NCBI GenBank assembly: GCA_963847445.1
Contig: CAWJZV010000012.1
Span: forward strand, 34,680 to 98,679
Reading direction: 5' to 3'
From: an uncultured delta proteobacterium
GTDB taxonomy: Bacteria > Desulfobacterota > Binatia > UBA9968
DNA length: 64,000 bases
Positions 34,320 to 45,292 of this stretch are shown in pieces. Each line of letters starts with the position of its first letter. The stretch's first letter is position 1. The position numbers were made by a program, and so were the translations under genes. The notes beneath the pieces were generated by a model. That model ran no database searches, was not told the DNA's origin, and worked only from the letters and a program-made list of their open reading frames with translations.

Positions 34320-35609
34320 ATGAGTCATCTTCGACATTTCGCGCAAATTGTGTTCCGTGCTGTTCGTCCACGGATCGCTGGTTCGATCTTTATCAGTGTG
34401 TGTGTCTGGTTGCTCGTTTGGTGCGCTCCGATAGGGGAGGTGGCTCTGCCGCCACCGGAATCTTCCAGCACGGCAAACACGGATGCGTTGACGCCAAAGC
34501 CGTTTGAACGGCTTGCGGTAAAGCTCAAGCGCGGCGACACGCTGCTGACGGTGCTAACCGAGCATGGAGTCAAGCCACCCTCCGCTCACGATCTGATCGC
34601 CAAGGTTCGCCCTCTGTTGAATCTGCGACAACTGCGGCCGGGAAATCACCTCGAATTGGTCGTCGAACCGGAGAATCGCACGGTTCAGGAATTGGAAATT
34701 CCGCTCGACGGCAACATCGTGCGCGCCAAGACAGCGCCGCAAGGTTGGACAGTCGAGCGCGAAGAGGTTTCCTCGACAGTGGTGACGCGAGTGATTCGCG
34801 ATAGGATATCGCGCAGCCTTTATGAAAACGGAGTTGCCGCCGGATTGTCGCCCGAGCAGATTTTGGCGCTGGCGGGGATTTTTGAATACGACATCGATTT
34901 CTTCTCTGACTTTCAACGCGGCGATGCATTCTCGGTCGTCGTTGACGAACTTCATTATGCCAACGGGCAGCGCGTGCAGCGAAAAATTCGCGCCGCCCGG
35001 TTGGCAGCGGATGGAAAGATTCATAGCGCATTTTATTTCGCGCCGGAGCCGGGGCGCGGTTTTTACTACGATCACGACGGAAAACAATTGCGCCGATCGT
35101 TTCTCCGCGCGCCGCTTAGCTACACGCGGATATCTTCGCGTTACACCGTCGCCAGGCGGCATCCGATCTTTCGCATCGTCAGGCCGCATCAAGCGATCGA
35201 TTACGCCGCCCCGAGCGGCACCCCGGTGGTCGCCATCGGCGGCGGCAAAGTTTCTTTCAGTGGGCGGCGGTTTGGCTATGGTAATTTCGTCGAGATCGCT
35301 CATCCGAGCGGCTATGCCTCGCGCTACGGACATTTTTCTCGCATCGCACCCGGGATTCGCCGAGGCGCGGAAGTAAACGCTGGGGATGTGATCGGATTTG
35401 TCGGCCAGACAGGCCATGCCACCGGGCCGCATCTGCACTTTGAGTTTCTTCAGAGCGGTCGAAAAGTCGATTTTTTAGGCTTGAAGATTCCACGCATCGA
35501 ACACCTCAGCGGTAAGGCTCTTGAAAGATTCAAACGCGAGCGCGAAGAGAACCTTGCTTGGTTACGGGATCGAAATCTCGATACGGCTAGACCAACGGGT
35601 TCGTTGTAA
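34320..35609 (+). CDS. M23 family peptidoglycan DD-endopeptidase (MepM-like)
   Basis: RISS, HQAIDYAAP (HxxxD), YGH and ATGPHLHFE. Confidence 0.92.
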   Translation: MSHLRHFAQIVFRAVRPRIAGSIFISVCVWLLVWCAPIGEVALPPPESSSTANTDALTPKPFERLAVKLKRGDTLLTVLTEHGVKPPSAHDLIAKVRPLLNLRQLRPGNHLELVVEPENRTVQELEIPLDGNIVRAKTAPQGWTVEREEVSSTVVTRVIRDRISRSLYENGVAAGLSPEQILALAGIFEYDIDFFSDFQRGDAFSVVVDELHYANGQRVQRKIRAARLAADGKIHSAFYFAPEPGRGFYYDHDGKQLRRSFLRAPLSYTRISSRYTVARRHPIFRIVRPHQAIDYAAPSGTPVVAIGGGKVSFSGRRFGYGNFVEIAHPSGYASRYGHFSRIAPGIRRGAEVNAGDVIGFVGQTGHATGPHLHFEFLQSGRKVDFLGLKIPRIEHLSGKALERFKREREENLAWLRDRNLDTARPTGSL

Positions 35610-36080
35610 CGAACCAACCCCGGCCTGGGTTAAGTGACATTGGTTCACGCCGTGGTTTGCCAGTCCATTTCCAGAGCGATGATCGGCCACGCTTTATCGC
35701 CAGGGTACCGGCGCATCGAGCCTTTGCGCTAAGCTCAAAGCGCGCGAAATCATTTGTCCATTGCGTTTGGAATTTACTTGGGCGATTGATACTGCTTCGC
35801 TGACCACGAGCCATTGAGTTGGCAAACGGCGTCCGGTTCGATCGCAATGAGACCCGGCTGGGATTTACGCGGCCAAGGCTAGGTTCCTGATCAGCGGAAT
35901 CTCGGTGACTGTGTTAGGATAAAATGATCAAAACACCATCCACAGGAACGCACGCCTGGTTAATCAAACTCGTCGGCGCGGCAACGGTCTTGCTCGTTGG
36001 CCCGAAGTCGTCGAAAACCAGTTGATTCCAAAGTGGCGATGACGCGATGGACGCGATGGTTTTGTCGGCCAAGTTTTCGC

Positions 36081-37349
36081 ATGAAGATATTACCGGCCAT
36101 CCTCTGGTTCTTTTTGACCGTCCCCGAGGCGGTGGGCCAAACTCAATTGCGATTCGTGACCTGGCGGCCCGAGGCGGCAGCGGTTTGGCAAGAGCTCATC
36201 GCCGGTTTCGAAGCCCGCCATCCGGGGGTCAAGGTCGTTCGCGAAGTCGGCCCCCATTCTTCCACTGAATTCCACGATCTGGTGACGCAAAAACTGCGCA
36301 ACCGCGACCCGGAGATGGACGTGTTTTTCATGGACGTCATCTGGCCCGGTGAGTTCGCCGCGGCCGGTTGGGCGTTGCCGTTGGATGGATTCTTTTCCGC
36401 CGCGCAGCAAAAAGAATTTCTCACCGCGCCGATCGCAGCCAACCGTTATCAGGGCCGGATCTACGGCGTGCCGCTGTTCGTTGACGCCGGCATGCTCTAT
36501 TTTCGCAAAGACCTGCTGGCGAAGTACCGCCTTGCGCCGCCACGCACTTGGCCTGAGCTGGTCGACCAGGCCAAGCTAATCCTGGCGCGAGAGCGCGATC
36601 CCTATCTGACCGGTTATTCAGCGCAGTTCAAACAGTACGAGGGGCTGGTCTGCAACCTGATGGAATTCATCATGAGCAACGGCGCGGCGCTCTGGGACGA
36701 GCAAACTCTGAAAAGCACGCTCGCAAGCAGCCGAGCCACGGAGGCGGTGCGCTTCGTGCGCGATCAAGTGATTCGGACGATTTCCCATCGCGGCGTGCTG
36801 GCGTATCAGGAGCCCGAATCGCTGGCATTGTTCACCCAGGGTAAGGCGCTGTTTCACCGCAACTGGCCCTACGCCTGGGAGGTCGCCAACGATCCGCAAA
36901 GATCGAAAGTCGCCGGCCATGTCGGGGTGATGCCGTTGCCGTCGTTTCCCGGCCACAAGAGCGTCGCGACCCTGGGCGGCTGGCAGCTGGGCATCAGCCG
37001 CTTCTCGCGCCATCCGCCTTTAGCTTGGCAATTCGTCGAGCATATGACCAGCCGCGAGGCGCAAAAACAGATCGCCCTGGCGACCGGCCGCGGGCCGGCG
37101 CGGGCGGATCTGTATCGCGACGCCGAACTCCTGGCTAAGCATCCGCATTTTAGCGCGGGCTACGACACGTTCGTGCTCGCCGAGCCGCGACCGCGCACGC
37201 CGGTCTACCTGCCGCTTTCCAATATCATGCAGCGCTACTTCAGTTCGGCGATCGCCATTCCCGACTCCAATATCGATCAACTCGCCGGTGTGGCCGCGCG
37301 CGACATGGATCGCGTTTTGGACCTGCTCCGCGAAAGGCCGCGGCCGTGA
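36081..37349 (+). CDS. Sugar ABC transporter substrate-binding protein (trehalose/maltose-type)
   Basis: MDVIWPGEFA, QYEGLVCN, RNWPYAW, TLGGWQL and PRPRTPVY, typical of ThuE/TMBP-like proteins. Confidence 0.85.
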   Translation: MKILPAILWFFLTVPEAVGQTQLRFVTWRPEAAAVWQELIAGFEARHPGVKVVREVGPHSSTEFHDLVTQKLRNRDPEMDVFFMDVIWPGEFAAAGWALPLDGFFSAAQQKEFLTAPIAANRYQGRIYGVPLFVDAGMLYFRKDLLAKYRLAPPRTWPELVDQAKLILARERDPYLTGYSAQFKQYEGLVCNLMEFIMSNGAALWDEQTLKSTLASSRATEAVRFVRDQVIRTISHRGVLAYQEPESLALFTQGKALFHRNWPYAWEVANDPQRSKVAGHVGVMPLPSFPGHKSVATLGGWQLGISRFSRHPPLAWQFVEHMTSREAQKQIALATGRGPARADLYRDAELLAKHPHFSAGYDTFVLAEPRPRTPVYLPLSNIMQRYFSSAIAIPDSNIDQLAGVAARDMDRVLDLLRERPRP

Positions 37350-38236
37350 AAAGCGCCAAAGATCCCGTCTGGCGATTTCTCGCGCCGAGTTTTTTATTTG
37401 TCGTGCTGTTTTCGCTTTATCCGATTATCGAGTCCTTACGCTTGAGCTTTTACCGGATGATCCTGACCTTGCCTTGGCTGGGCCAGAAGTTCGTCGGTTG
37501 GGATAATTATCGAGATCTTTTCAGCGACCCGGTGGCGCTCCAATCGCTGCTGACATCGATGACTTTCGTCGCGGTCACCACTCCCATCGAAGTCTTGCTT
37601 GGCCTCGGCATGGCTCTGGTGCTGAACGAATCGTTTGGCGGCCGCGGCTGGTTGCGCGCTGTCGTGCTGGTGCCCTGGGCGATCCCCACCGTGGTGGCGT
37701 CGCAAATGTGGCGCTTTATCTTTAACGATCGCTATGGCCTATTCAATTTTGTCTGGTTCGGCGACGCCACCGATCGTTATTGGGCGCCGCTGGCCGAGCC
37801 CGGCTTGGCGTTGATGTCGATCATGGTGGCCGATGTTTGGAAGACCAGCTCGTTCGCGGCGCTGATCGTTCTCGCCGGACTGCAAGGCATCCCCCGCGAA
37901 CTTTACGAGGCCGCGAGTATCGACGGCGCCGGCGCGTGGCAAAAGTTTCGCCATATCACCTTGCCATTGCTCAAGCCGGCGCTGCTTTTGGCCTTGCTCT
38001 TTCGCACCATCGACGCACTCAAAGTCTTCGATCTGGTCTTCGTCATGACCCAAGGCGGCCCCGCCGATACGACCAACGTGCTGCAATTCTACGGCTACAA
38101 GAAAAGCTTCGCTGAAGGCATGATCGGTTACGGCTCGACCATCGCCGTGGCGGTATTCCTGCTGTCGCTGATCTTGTCGGTGTTTTACATTCGCCTGCTC
38201 GGCGCGCGCCTGTTGGCCAGGGAAGAGACCGCATGA
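37346..38236 (+). CDS. Sugar ABC transporter permease (MalF-like)
   Basis: DVWKT; EAA loop LYEAASIDGA. Confidence 0.92.
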   Translation: MKSAKDPVWRFLAPSFLFVVLFSLYPIIESLRLSFYRMILTLPWLGQKFVGWDNYRDLFSDPVALQSLLTSMTFVAVTTPIEVLLGLGMALVLNESFGGRGWLRAVVLVPWAIPTVVASQMWRFIFNDRYGLFNFVWFGDATDRYWAPLAEPGLALMSIMVADVWKTSSFAALIVLAGLQGIPRELYEAASIDGAGAWQKFRHITLPLLKPALLLALLFRTIDALKVFDLVFVMTQGGPADTTNVLQFYGYKKSFAEGMIGYGSTIAVAVFLLSLILSVFYIRLLGARLLAREETA

Positions 38237-39045
38237 AAAGAATTATTTTTCCCGCCGCCGTGCTGCTCATCGCCGGCGTTAGCTTGCTGCCTTTTCTTTG
38301 GTTCGTGACGACGTCGTGGAAGAGCGCCATCGAGATCAGCGCGATCCCGCCGGTGCTCTGGCCGAGCTTTCACTGGGAGCATTACCAAGCCGCGCTGTGG
38401 CAACATGGGCTGCTGCGTTACATCGCCAACAGCGCCATCGTTGCCGGCGCCACCACCGTGGTCAGTATCGTGATTGCGTCGTTAGCTGCCTATGCGTTAG
38501 CGCGCTTCAAACTGCGTTGGGCGAACTATTACTTGCTGTTGTTGCTGGCGCTGTCGATGTTTCCGCAGATCGCCATCGCCGGGCCGGTGTGGCGTTTACT
38601 GAGCGGGTTGGGCTGGCTCAATAGCTATCACGGCATCATTGCGGCCTACATCGCATTTTCGCTGCCGTTTGCCACTTGGGTGCTGACCACCTTCTTCAAA
38701 GAACTGCCCTACGACATCGAGGAGGCGGCGCTGATCGATGGCTGCAGCCGCTGGCAGGCGCTGCGCCTAGTCGTGTTTCCGCTGGCCGCGCCCGGGGTTT
38801 TCACCGCGGCGTTATTGGTTTTTATCCACGCCTGGAATGAATTCTTCTTCGCTTTGATCATTCTGACCTACCCGGCGGTGCAAACGCTGCCCGTGGGCAT
38901 CGCGCTGTTCCCCGGCGAATACACCATGCCCTGGGGCGAAATAGCCGCGGCTTCGACCATCGCGACGCTGCCCTTGATTGCGCTGACTGTGATTTTTCAA
39001 CGGCGCATCGTGCAGGGGTTGTCGGCGGGTGCGGTGAAAGGATAA
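38233..39045 (+). CDS. Sugar ABC transporter permease (MalG-like)
   Basis: IEEAALIDG, AWNEFFFAL and GLSAGAVKG. Confidence 0.92.
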   Translation: MKRIIFPAAVLLIAGVSLLPFLWFVTTSWKSAIEISAIPPVLWPSFHWEHYQAALWQHGLLRYIANSAIVAGATTVVSIVIASLAAYALARFKLRWANYYLLLLLALSMFPQIAIAGPVWRLLSGLGWLNSYHGIIAAYIAFSLPFATWVLTTFFKELPYDIEEAALIDGCSRWQALRLVVFPLAAPGVFTAALLVFIHAWNEFFFALIILTYPAVQTLPVGIALFPGEYTMPWGEIAAASTIATLPLIALTVIFQRRIVQGLSAGAVKG

Positions 39046-39050
39046 GAAAC

Positions 39051-39177
39051 ATTTTAGATTTTGGATTTTCGATTTTGGATTAGGGGAGCAGACCTGCCAA
39101 GATCGATATGGAATCTAAAACGGTAGTTTCCGCCAAGCCAAAATCTAAAAGCAGCTGCGCAGACGAAAATCTCAAAT
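39051..39177. repeat. Heptamer tandem repeat (ATTTTNG)x4 with downstream inverted copies (STRR/REP-like)
   Basis: ATTTTAG ATTTTGG ATTTTCG ATTTTGG at 39051-39078; complementary pieces AATCTAAAA, CCAAAATCTAAAA and CGAAAATC downstream. Confidence 0.75.
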
Positions 39178-39183
39178 TGGCAG

Positions 39184-40275
<1,092 letters not shown>

Positions 40276-40309
40276 CTAGTTATCCTTCCCGGCGAGGTCG
40301 AAGACGACG

Positions 40310-42307
40310 ATGGCGATCGAATTTCTCAAACAACTGCTGGTTGTCCTGTCGGCGACGATCGCCATCCTTTACTTGTTCCAAAAGCTGCGTCTGCCGGCGA
40401 TCGTCGGTTTTCTTCTCGCCGGCCTGCTCATTGGCCCCAATGGCGTTGGTCTGATCGAAGGCTTCGCGCAGGTCGAAATTTTAGCCGAGATCGGCGTGGC
40501 GTTGCTGCTTTTTACCATCGGCATCGAGTTCTCCCTGGCGGCGCTGCTGTCGGTGCAGCGGCGGGTGATTTGGGCCGGCCTGCTGCAAGTGCTGGCCACG
40601 GTGATCGTCGTTGCCGCGCTGGCGCGTCTGTTGGGCGCGCCGGTGCCGCAAGCGATCTTCTTTGGCTTTTTGATCGCGCTGAGCAGCACGGCGATCGTCT
40701 TGCGGATTTACCACGACCGCGGCGAGCTCCACTCGATTCACGGCCGGTCGGTGAGCGGTGTGCTGTTTCTTCAGGACCTCAGCATCGTGCCGATGATGCT
40801 GCTGGTCCCGGTCTTGGGCCGCTCGGAAACCGCTTCGGCGTGGGATGTTCTATGGGCGAGCTTGCAGGCGGTCGCGGCGCTGCTCGTGATCATCTTCGTC
40901 GCGCGTACGCTGCTACCGCGCTTGCTGCACCACGTCGCGGTGCTCAAAAATCATGAAGTATTCATCCTCGTGGTGCTGTGGATTTGTCTGGGCACGGCGT
41001 GGTTGACGGCACAGACCGGATTGTCCCTGGCGCTCGGCGCCTTGGTCGCCGGATTGGTGATCTCCGAATCGGAGTTGAGCCATCAGATCGTCGCCGACGT
41101 GCTGCCGCTACGCGACTGTTTCAGCGGGATATTCTTCATCTCCATCGGCATGCTGCTCGATCTCGCCGCGCTGCGCTTGGATTGGCTCGGCGCTATGGTG
41201 CAATTCCTCGCGATGATTACCGTCAAAGGCGGTATCGCGTTTCTCGCCTTCTGGACGCTTTATCGTTCTGTCAGCATGGCGACGATTTTGGGCTTCAGTT
41301 TGGCGCAGGTGGGCGAGTTTTCATTTGTCTTGGCGCAGACCGGCGTACGCCACGACTTGCTCAACGGCAAAGACGAACAGCTCTTTCTCGCCGCGTCGAT
41401 TCTCAGCATGATCGCCACGCCCTGGCTGATCCAAATCGGCCATCGTCTCGCCCGCGGCCCCGAGTGGCGTGGAGCGGGTTCACACGAGCGCCCAGCCGAC
41501 GGCGCGCACGGGGCTGGGTCGCCGGGCCGGGGCCATGTCATCATCGTCGGCTACGGTGTCAACGGCAGGAATCTCGCCCGGGTGCTAAAAGAAGTCGGTG
41601 TGCCCTATCGCATTCTCGAGCTCGACCCCGATCTCGTGCGCGACGCGACCGCGGCGGGCGAAACGATTCTATTCGGCGACGCGGCGCGGCCGGAAATTTT
41701 GCGCCAAACCGGCCTTGAAAGCGCCCGGGTGTTGGTGATCGCGATTTCCGACCCGAGCGCGACCACCAGGATCGTTGCCCAAGCGCGGCGCTTGCACCCC
41801 GAGCTATACATAATCGTGCGCACCCGCTACGTGGCTGAAATCGAGCATCTCTACCGGCTCGGCGCCGACGAAGTGATCCCCGAGGAGTTCGAGACCTCGA
41901 TTGAAATATTCGCCCGCGTGCTCGATCGCTTTCATATCCCGCGCAATCTGATCTCGCTGCAAGTGGAGCTGATCCGCCAGGGCCATTATGGCATGCTGCG
42001 CGGCCTGCGCCTCCAAGGCAAGCAGCTCGACGAACTCAACCGCTTTCTCATTGGCATCACGGCCGATATCTATATGATCTTGGACGGCTCGCCAGCGCTC
42101 GGCAGAAACCTCGATGAGATCGATTTGCAGAAGCGCAGCGGCGCCACGGTCATCGCCGCGGTGCGCGACGGCAAGTTCTTTAATAATGTCGACGTTGACT
42201 TTCGCTTGCGGCTCGGTGATATGCTCGTCCTCTTGGGCGCGCACAAAGCGCTGGATGACGCCGCACAGATCTTGAAGCCAGCAGCAGAAAATGGCGCGCC
42301 GCAATGA
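40310..42307 (+). CDS. CPA2 family K+/H+ antiporter (Kef-like) with TrkA-N and TrkA-C (RCK) domains
   Basis: ALSSTAIV, QDL, LAQVGEFSFV, IVGYGVNG, FGDA and a C-terminal RCK_C domain. Confidence 0.92.
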   Translation: MAIEFLKQLLVVLSATIAILYLFQKLRLPAIVGFLLAGLLIGPNGVGLIEGFAQVEILAEIGVALLLFTIGIEFSLAALLSVQRRVIWAGLLQVLATVIVVAALARLLGAPVPQAIFFGFLIALSSTAIVLRIYHDRGELHSIHGRSVSGVLFLQDLSIVPMMLLVPVLGRSETASAWDVLWASLQAVAALLVIIFVARTLLPRLLHHVAVLKNHEVFILVVLWICLGTAWLTAQTGLSLALGALVAGLVISESELSHQIVADVLPLRDCFSGIFFISIGMLLDLAALRLDWLGAMVQFLAMITVKGGIAFLAFWTLYRSVSMATILGFSLAQVGEFSFVLAQTGVRHDLLNGKDEQLFLAASILSMIATPWLIQIGHRLARGPEWRGAGSHERPADGAHGAGSPGRGHVIIVGYGVNGRNLARVLKEVGVPYRILELDPDLVRDATAAGETILFGDAARPEILRQTGLESARVLVIAISDPSATTRIVAQARRLHPELYIIVRTRYVAEIEHLYRLGADEVIPEEFETSIEIFARVLDRFHIPRNLISLQVELIRQGHYGMLRGLRLQGKQLDELNRFLIGITADIYMILDGSPALGRNLDEIDLQKRSGATVIAAVRDGKFFNNVDVDFRLRLGDMLVLLGAHKALDDAAQILKPAAENGAPQ

Positions 42308-42390
42308 CAATTGGAACAACCCGTGGCTGCAACGCTTACGGGCATCCTACCGAGAACAACATCGGCAAAACCAAAATAGGAGAACATCCC

Positions 42391-42840
42391 ATGGCAACTA
42401 AAAAATCGTACCTCGTACCGGTGGATTTTTCTAAACCCGCGGACATCGCTCTCGATCACGCCATCAAGCTGGCCCGTGAGAATAAGGCGGGACTGATTCT
42501 GCTGCATATCATCGCCGACCAGTCGATGGACATGGCAGCTTCGGAAGGGGTGACCCCGGCGCTCTACGTGGACTATGAAAAGATCGTGCGTGACGAAGCA
42601 AACATGCAAATGCAGAAATTGCTAAAAAAGAAAAAACTCGGGCCGAAAGATTGTCGAGCGCTTGTCGTTCGGCGCGGCGATCCCGCCCGAGCCATCGCCA
42701 ATCAAGCCAAAAAACTCAAAGCGTCGATGATCGTCATGGGCAGTCATGGGCGCACGGGGCTTAAGCGTCTGGTGCTGGGCAGTGTCGCCGAGCGGACGCT
42801 GCGCTACGCCGGCTGTCCGGTCCTGATCGTAAAAAAATAA
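42391..42840 (+). CDS. Universal stress protein
   Basis: LVPVDFS, GDPA, IVMGSHGRTG and LGSVAERTLRYAGCPVLIV. Confidence 0.93.
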   Translation: MATKKSYLVPVDFSKPADIALDHAIKLARENKAGLILLHIIADQSMDMAASEGVTPALYVDYEKIVRDEANMQMQKLLKKKKLGPKDCRALVVRRGDPARAIANQAKKLKASMIVMGSHGRTGLKRLVLGSVAERTLRYAGCPVLIVKK

Positions 42841-42895
42841 TCCCACAAGGAGTTTTCTCATCGTGGATATAGCCAAGCCGACATAAACGCTTTCA

Positions 42896-42923
42896 TGGCG
42901 GAGAAGGGAGGGAGTCGAACCCT
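42896..42923 (-). repeat. Attachment site: duplicated 3' end of a tRNA, probably tRNA-Sec (not an intact gene)
   Basis: Minus strand AGGG-TTCGACT-CCCTC-CCTTCTCC-G-CCA: T-arm, 8-nt acceptor strand, G73 and CCA; no 5' half upstream; 47 bp from the integrase stop. Confidence 0.75.
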
Positions 42924-42970
42924 ACAACGGCATAAATCGCAGTAGCAAAACGCAATAAAATCAACGACTT

Positions 42971-44161
42971 TCATGATGTCGCTTTGCTTGTTCTAACGGC
43001 CTTTTGGGCTACGGTAGCCCATTTTTCCAAGATTCCTTTGATGGCAATGCCATCGCGTCTAATCAGGTTTGGAATCCATTTTCGGTAATGCTTAAAAATC
43101 ATTTGTTCCGATGTTCCTGCTGAATTTGCGATCCATCCGATGTCCTCGCCGGAACTCAATGCGATGGTTATAAACGTGTCTTTGGTGTTGTAGCTGTCTC
43201 TTGCTGCGAGGCGACAGCGCTGTAAAGTAGCTAGCCAAATTTTGGAGTGAAGATGTTCGTAGTTTAATGGCCCGCCGTCCCGTTTCCCGATAAAAACGTA
43301 TGGGCTTTTGTTTCGTGTGAGTTTTCTCTGTCGTGCCAGTGCTCGAAAGACGATGGGTCTCTCTTTACAACCGATCACCCTATTGCCGGTTTTTCCACCG
43401 GGAGTCTCGAGCCCGCGGATTATATGTCGTTCCACGGTAATTTCCTGCCGCTCGAAGTCGACAGACTCCCATTTAAGTGCGCATAATTCCCCCGGCCTCA
43501 TTCCTGTCGAGAATGCGACAATATAGTAATTTAGGTAATAGGGATCGACTTTCGATAGAAAAACTTCCACCTCCCTTGGCGTAAGAGGGGCGGATTTGGA
43601 TTTCGCTGTGCGCTTTAGGGCTGGGATACCGGTCAGCGGGTTGTGGGGAATGTGGCCTTGAAGTTTAGCATCGCTGAGTATTTTACGAAGAATACCCATG
43701 ATGTTGTTGATTCGCTTGTTGCTGAGTTTCGTTTTTTTAAGACGTTCACGAAATTCTAAGGCGGATCCCGTGGTAATTTGATCGATGTGAAAATGTCCGA
43801 ATGCTGGAGTGAGGTAGCGACTAACTGCAATGGAGTCGGTTTTCCACGTCGAGGGTTTAATCTCGCGAATGTTCAGTGAACCGTCATCGAGAAATGGCGA
43901 TCGGTCGCTTAGCCATTTCTGCGTGAATTCTGAAAACAGGAGCCGTCGTCGTTTCGCGAATCTTTGAAGTTTACTGCTCTGAGGAAAGTGACGGGCGTAA
44001 TCGAAGGTTCCGGCTCTGATCTCCTCCCGGATCCGTTTTTCTAGGATTCTGAAACGTTCTCGATTTTCGGGAGTGTCGGGAAACGGGCTGTATTCGCGGC
44101 AACGGGTATCCTGATAGCGGAAATCGATGAACAGCTTCCCTTTGTGTGACCGGATGGACAT
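42971..44161 (-). CDS. Tyrosine recombinase/integrase with N-terminal arm-binding (DUF3596-like) domain
   Basis: LFIDFRYQ...FDYARHFPQS; TGMRPGELCALKW; YNTKDTF...AGTSEQMIFKHY. Confidence 0.92.
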   Translation of the reverse strand: MSIRSHKGKLFIDFRYQDTRCREYSPFPDTPENRERFRILEKRIREEIRAGTFDYARHFPQSSKLQRFAKRRRLLFSEFTQKWLSDRSPFLDDGSLNIREIKPSTWKTDSIAVSRYLTPAFGHFHIDQITTGSALEFRERLKKTKLSNKRINNIMGILRKILSDAKLQGHIPHNPLTGIPALKRTAKSKSAPLTPREVEVFLSKVDPYYLNYYIVAFSTGMRPGELCALKWESVDFERQEITVERHIIRGLETPGGKTGNRVIGCKERPIVFRALARQRKLTRNKSPYVFIGKRDGGPLNYEHLHSKIWLATLQRCRLAARDSYNTKDTFITIALSSGEDIGWIANSAGTSEQMIFKHYRKWIPNLIRRDGIAIKGILEKWATVAQKAVRTSKATS

Positions 44162-44421
44162 GTACTTTCTACCAATTCAACGATGGCTTTCCATTTAAAC
44201 AGGGGACGTCCGTTAAGTCCGCGGAAATAGTGCACACCCTCCCTCAGAACCGATCCCATGAGGTTGTAGACGGTTTGGCGGCTGATCGAGAGTCGACTCG
44301 CTAAAATTGCGGCGGTAATGTAAACAGCTTGCTCTCCAGAATCATCAGGAAGAGAACGCGGATTTCCCCTCGAAGATTCGGTGTAATCTAGACTCGGTTG
44401 AAGTGAGTTTGATTTGTTCAA
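44041..44421 (-). CDS. Excisionase-like HTH protein (ends uncertain)
   Basis: YITAAILASRLSISRQTVYNLM...LREGVHYF...PLFKWKAI; directly upstream of the integrase. Confidence 0.7.
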   Translation of the reverse strand: MNKSNSLQPSLDYTESSRGNPRSLPDDSGEQAVYITAAILASRLSISRQTVYNLMGSVLREGVHYFRGLNGRPLFKWKAIVELVESTCPSGHTKGSCSSISAIRIPVAANTARFPTLPKIENVSES

Positions 44422-44589
44422 CGGGTATCGTTCCGTATTAAAATTGAGCTGAATTACCGAAAAGGTACCGGAAGATTAGTTCTGTCGGGTGCCTGTAAAG
44501 ATGACAAAGGCAATTAACTGTGGTTCAATTTAGCGTCCGTCGACGACCGTTTTTTTCCGAATATCATCCCGTTTAATGTTCCTATACGG

Positions 44590-45259
44590 TCACGCAGAAA
44601 CAGCAGTTTTCGAAAGATAGTTAGATACCGCAGCTGCTGTCACTACACCGCCCAGAAATCCTCCGACGTGCGCCCAGAAGGCTACATTTGACGCTCGTGG
44701 TTTCAGCGCAAAGGCAAGCTGCAGAAGAAACCACCCAAGCAAGAAAATCCAGGCGGGAAGCCGGACTGTAAGCCGATGCAAGAAATAGATCAGCGTCGGA
44801 TCAAGCACCAAAGTGATCCGTGCTCTTGGATTGGCGATTAAGAACGCACCGAGAACGCCGCTGATCGCGCCACTGGCACCGATGAGAGGTTTAGTAGATT
44901 CGGATTCCACGATTGCGTGAGCCAAGCACGCCAGTAACGCCTGCGGTCATGTAAAAAGCCAGAAAGTTGCTGGCGCCGAATTCCGATTCCACCCGCCGTC
45001 CGAAAACCAGCAGAAAAAGCATGTTTCCTGACAAATGAATGAGATCTCCGTGCAGAAACATGCACGTGACTAACGTGTGTGATTTGGAAAGATCGCCGAA
45101 TGAAGCCGGGACGAATCCCAAGGTGCGAGCAATCTCGCTTGGAATCACGAAGTTGCTGTTCCAGGTAACGACGAGATGGATGAGAACGTTCGTGCCAATT
45201 ATCGCATACGTTGCCCACGGAGTTCTGATAGGTTTGAGGTTCGTGGCAATCGGAAACAT
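44590..45259 (-). CDS. Rhomboid family intramembrane serine protease (frameshift near 44920)
   Basis: MFLHGDLIHLSGNMLFL, GASGAISG and AFWAHVGGF. Confidence 0.9.
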
Positions 45260-45292
45260 TGTGGTTTCACTGGGAATTCCACATTCGCCGAA

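Noticed and set aside
35610-36080. Small ORF or ncRNA in the gap between the M23 and ABC genes
   Set aside because: Only a short inverted repeat and an ORF with no recognisable motif; insufficient support.
42896-42990. Intact tRNA gene
   Set aside because: Only the T-arm and 3' acceptor strand are present; there is no matching 5' acceptor strand, D-arm or anticodon arm.
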